From Hypanus sabinus (taxonomy: Eukaryota): 64,000 nucleotides of DNA. Below are positions 61,500 through 64,000 of the stretch, in pieces. Each line of letters opens with the position of its first letter. The stretch's first letter is position 1. Below the pieces are notes generated by a model. That model searched no databases. It saw only the letters and a list, made by a program, of their open reading frames with translations, and was not told where the DNA came from. The position numbers were made by a program, and so were the translations under genes. The DNA lies in contig NC_082725.1 in the NCBI RefSeq assembly GCF_030144855.1, positions 5,766,001 to 5,830,000 of the forward strand. Reading direction: 5' to 3'.

Positions 61500-63760
61500 C
61501 CTATCAGGGCATAGCAGCAGAGACCAGGCCAGTGGCACCGTGGTAACCTCTGAGGCTAAGCAGGAAAGGACAAAGTCAGACAGACTGATTGTGATAAGAG
61601 ACTTAAGATTTAGAGGGATGGACAGCTGATTCTGTGGCCACAAAAGAAAACCCAGGATGGGGTGTTGCCTCCCAGGATACTTCAGAGCAGCTGCACAAGA
61701 TTCTAAAGAGTAAGAGTGAGCAGATACAGTTTGTGGTACGCATTGGCACCAATGACATAGATAGAAATTCCCAAGAGTGAGTATAGGAAGAGCAAGACCT
61801 TAAGGTAGTAATCTCTGGATTACTCCTAGCCACAAGCTAGTTAAAGCAGAAATAGGATGATAGTATGGATGAATAAATGACAAAGTGGTGCAGGGGACAG
61901 GGCTTCAGATTTCTGGATCTTTGGGATCTCTTCTGGGGAGGGTATGACTTGTACAAAAAGAATGGATTACAACTGACGCTGGGAGTGACCAAAATCATTG
62001 CAGACAGGTTTGCAAGAGTTGGTGGGGAAAGTTGAGACTACTTTGGCAGGGGAATGGAAACCAGAGTGATAGGGCTTAGGATGTGTCAATTGGTATGCAA
62101 GTTGATGCAGTGAGGCTGTGAAGATGGACAGGCAAATGATAGGGCAAAATTGCAGTCAGTTGGATGAGATGAAGTGTAACATGAGGGCAAAAATTGCAAA
62201 GGGTGATGATTACACGACTGAAGGAGTTATATTTGAATACACACAGTACACAGAATAAGGTAGATATTCTTGTACTGCAGTTGGATTGGCAGGTATGACA
62301 TTGTGGGCATCACTGAGATGTGGCCCAAAGATGATCATAGTTGGAAGCTTAACATGCAAGTATACACCTTGTCTCAAAAGGACAGGCAGGTAGGCAGAGG
62401 AGTGGGTGACTCTGTTAATAAAAAAATGAAATCAAATCAAATCCTTAGGAAGAGGTGACAGAGGACCTGAAGATGTAGTATAGTTAAGAAACTGCAAAGG
62501 TAAAAAGATCCTGATGGCAGTTATATACAGGATTACAAACAGTAGTCAGGATGTGTGATATAAATTTCACAGGAAATAGTAAAGGAACTGAACTTAATTG
62601 AATTGACTTTATTTCTTACATCCTTCATAGATATGAGTAAAATCTTTACGTTATGTCTCCGTCTCAATGCGCAAATTATAGTAATTTGTAACAAATAGCA
62701 TGTACAGTAAGATATACAACAGTCAATATAGCTCAGAATTACATCTGTGTCAGAATGAATTAATCAGTCTGATGGCCTGGTGGAAGAAGCTGTCCTGGAG
62801 CCTGTTGGTCCTGGCTTTAATGCTTCAGTACCATTTCCCAGATGGTAGCAACTGGAACAGTTTGTGGTTGGGGTGAATCGGGTCCCCAGTGATCCTTCAG
62901 GCCTCTTGTAATAAGGGCAATGTTATGATAGTCATGGGGGATTTCAATATGCAAGTAAATTGGGAAAATCAAGTTGGTGCAGGATCCCAAGAGAGGGTAT
63001 TTGTAGAATGCTGACAAGATTTTTTTTTAGTGCAGTTTGTGTTTGAAAGTACTAGGGGAAAGACAATTCTAGATTGGGTGTTCTGTAATGAAACAGATTT
63101 GGTTCTGGAAAATAAAGGAGGTAGTGATCATAATATGGTAGAATTCACCCTGCAGTTTGAGAGGAAGAAGCTAAAGTCAGATCTATCCATATTAGAGTGG
63201 AGTAAAGGGAATTACAGAGGCCTGAGAGAGGAGCTGGACAAAGTTGATTGGAAAGGGACACTTGCAGGAATGACTGCAAAACAGCAATGGCTGGAGCTTC
63301 CAGGGCAATTCAGAAAGCGCAGGATAGATACATCCCAAAGATGTAGTCAGAAAGGAGGCTGAGACAACTGTGGCTGACAAAGGAAATCAAAGACAACATG
63401 AAAGCAAAACAGAGAGGATATAACATAGCAAAACTTAGAGGGAAGATAGAGGATTGGGAAACTTTTAAAAACCAAACAGAAACCAACTAAAATAAAATCT
63501 CAAAGAATGAAAAGATTAAATATGAAGGTAAAATAGCCAATAATATCAAAGAAGATACCAAAAGCTTTTCTTCAGATACGTAATGAGTAAAAGAAAGACA
63601 AGAAAGGATGTTGGACCATTGGAAAATGACACTTGAGAGGTAGTAATGGTAGGACAAAAAATGGCGGATGAATTTAATAAGTATTTTGAGTCAGTGTGGA
63701 AGAAATTTGAGAGTGTCGGGGGCAGAAGTGAGTGTAGTTCCAATTACCAAGGAGAAGCCA
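61500..63760 (+). mobile_element. Old CR1 5' portion (ORF1 esterase and APE), interrupted by a Rex fragment at about 62590-62905
   Basis: Parallels 6880-8900: YDIVGITE.W, ILDWVFCNE, GSDHNM; many stop codons. Confidence 0.8.
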
Positions 63761-64000
63761 AGGAATTTTTCTCTTGTTTGGCACAGGCAAGAACAGAGTT
63801 TCACTTTAAGAAGAACCTTCTATACTCACTTTCAGCATCAAAATATGGAGGAACCATCACAAACTCTCACAGCCCCTGATGATCCTGAGATTTCAGTCTC
63901 TGAGGCCAACGTGCAAGTACCCTTCAGGAGGGTGAACACATGAAGTCTCCTGCCTAATTGGAGTACCTGGCCAAATTGACTGGGATCTGCAAGCTGATCA

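Overview
Vertebrate genomic DNA, most likely from a cartilaginous fish (shark or ray), judged from the CR1/V-SINE/Penelope/Rex repeat complement. The whole window lies inside a minus-strand TOP2B (DNA topoisomerase II beta) gene. I traced 29 consecutive coding exons with consistent phases from 55472 down to 1840 (about exons 2-30, numbered by analogy to human). Exon 1 lies beyond 64000 and the last exons lie before position 1. The introns are packed with transposons: a young full-length CR1 LINE, a young internally deleted CsRn1-type Gypsy LTR element, an older Gypsy relative, Tc1/Tigger/hAT DNA transposons and MITEs, Rex1/Babar fragments, V-SINEs and Penelope remnants. The most notable observations are: (1) a family of short, often fold-back Penelope-derived elements carrying minimal hammerhead-ribozyme cores, one with a 14-bp target-site duplication (TSD); (2) a hAT MITE carrying a piece of the Gypsy LTR; (3) an intact -1 frameshift slippery site plus pseudoknot in the Gypsy; (4) two GC-AG introns and an alternative exon-2 acceptor resembling the human one; (5) inverted CR1 pairs that could circularise exons. 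All coordinates were read by eye and repeat boundaries are approximate. Most short ORFs in the track are spurious or repeat-derived.
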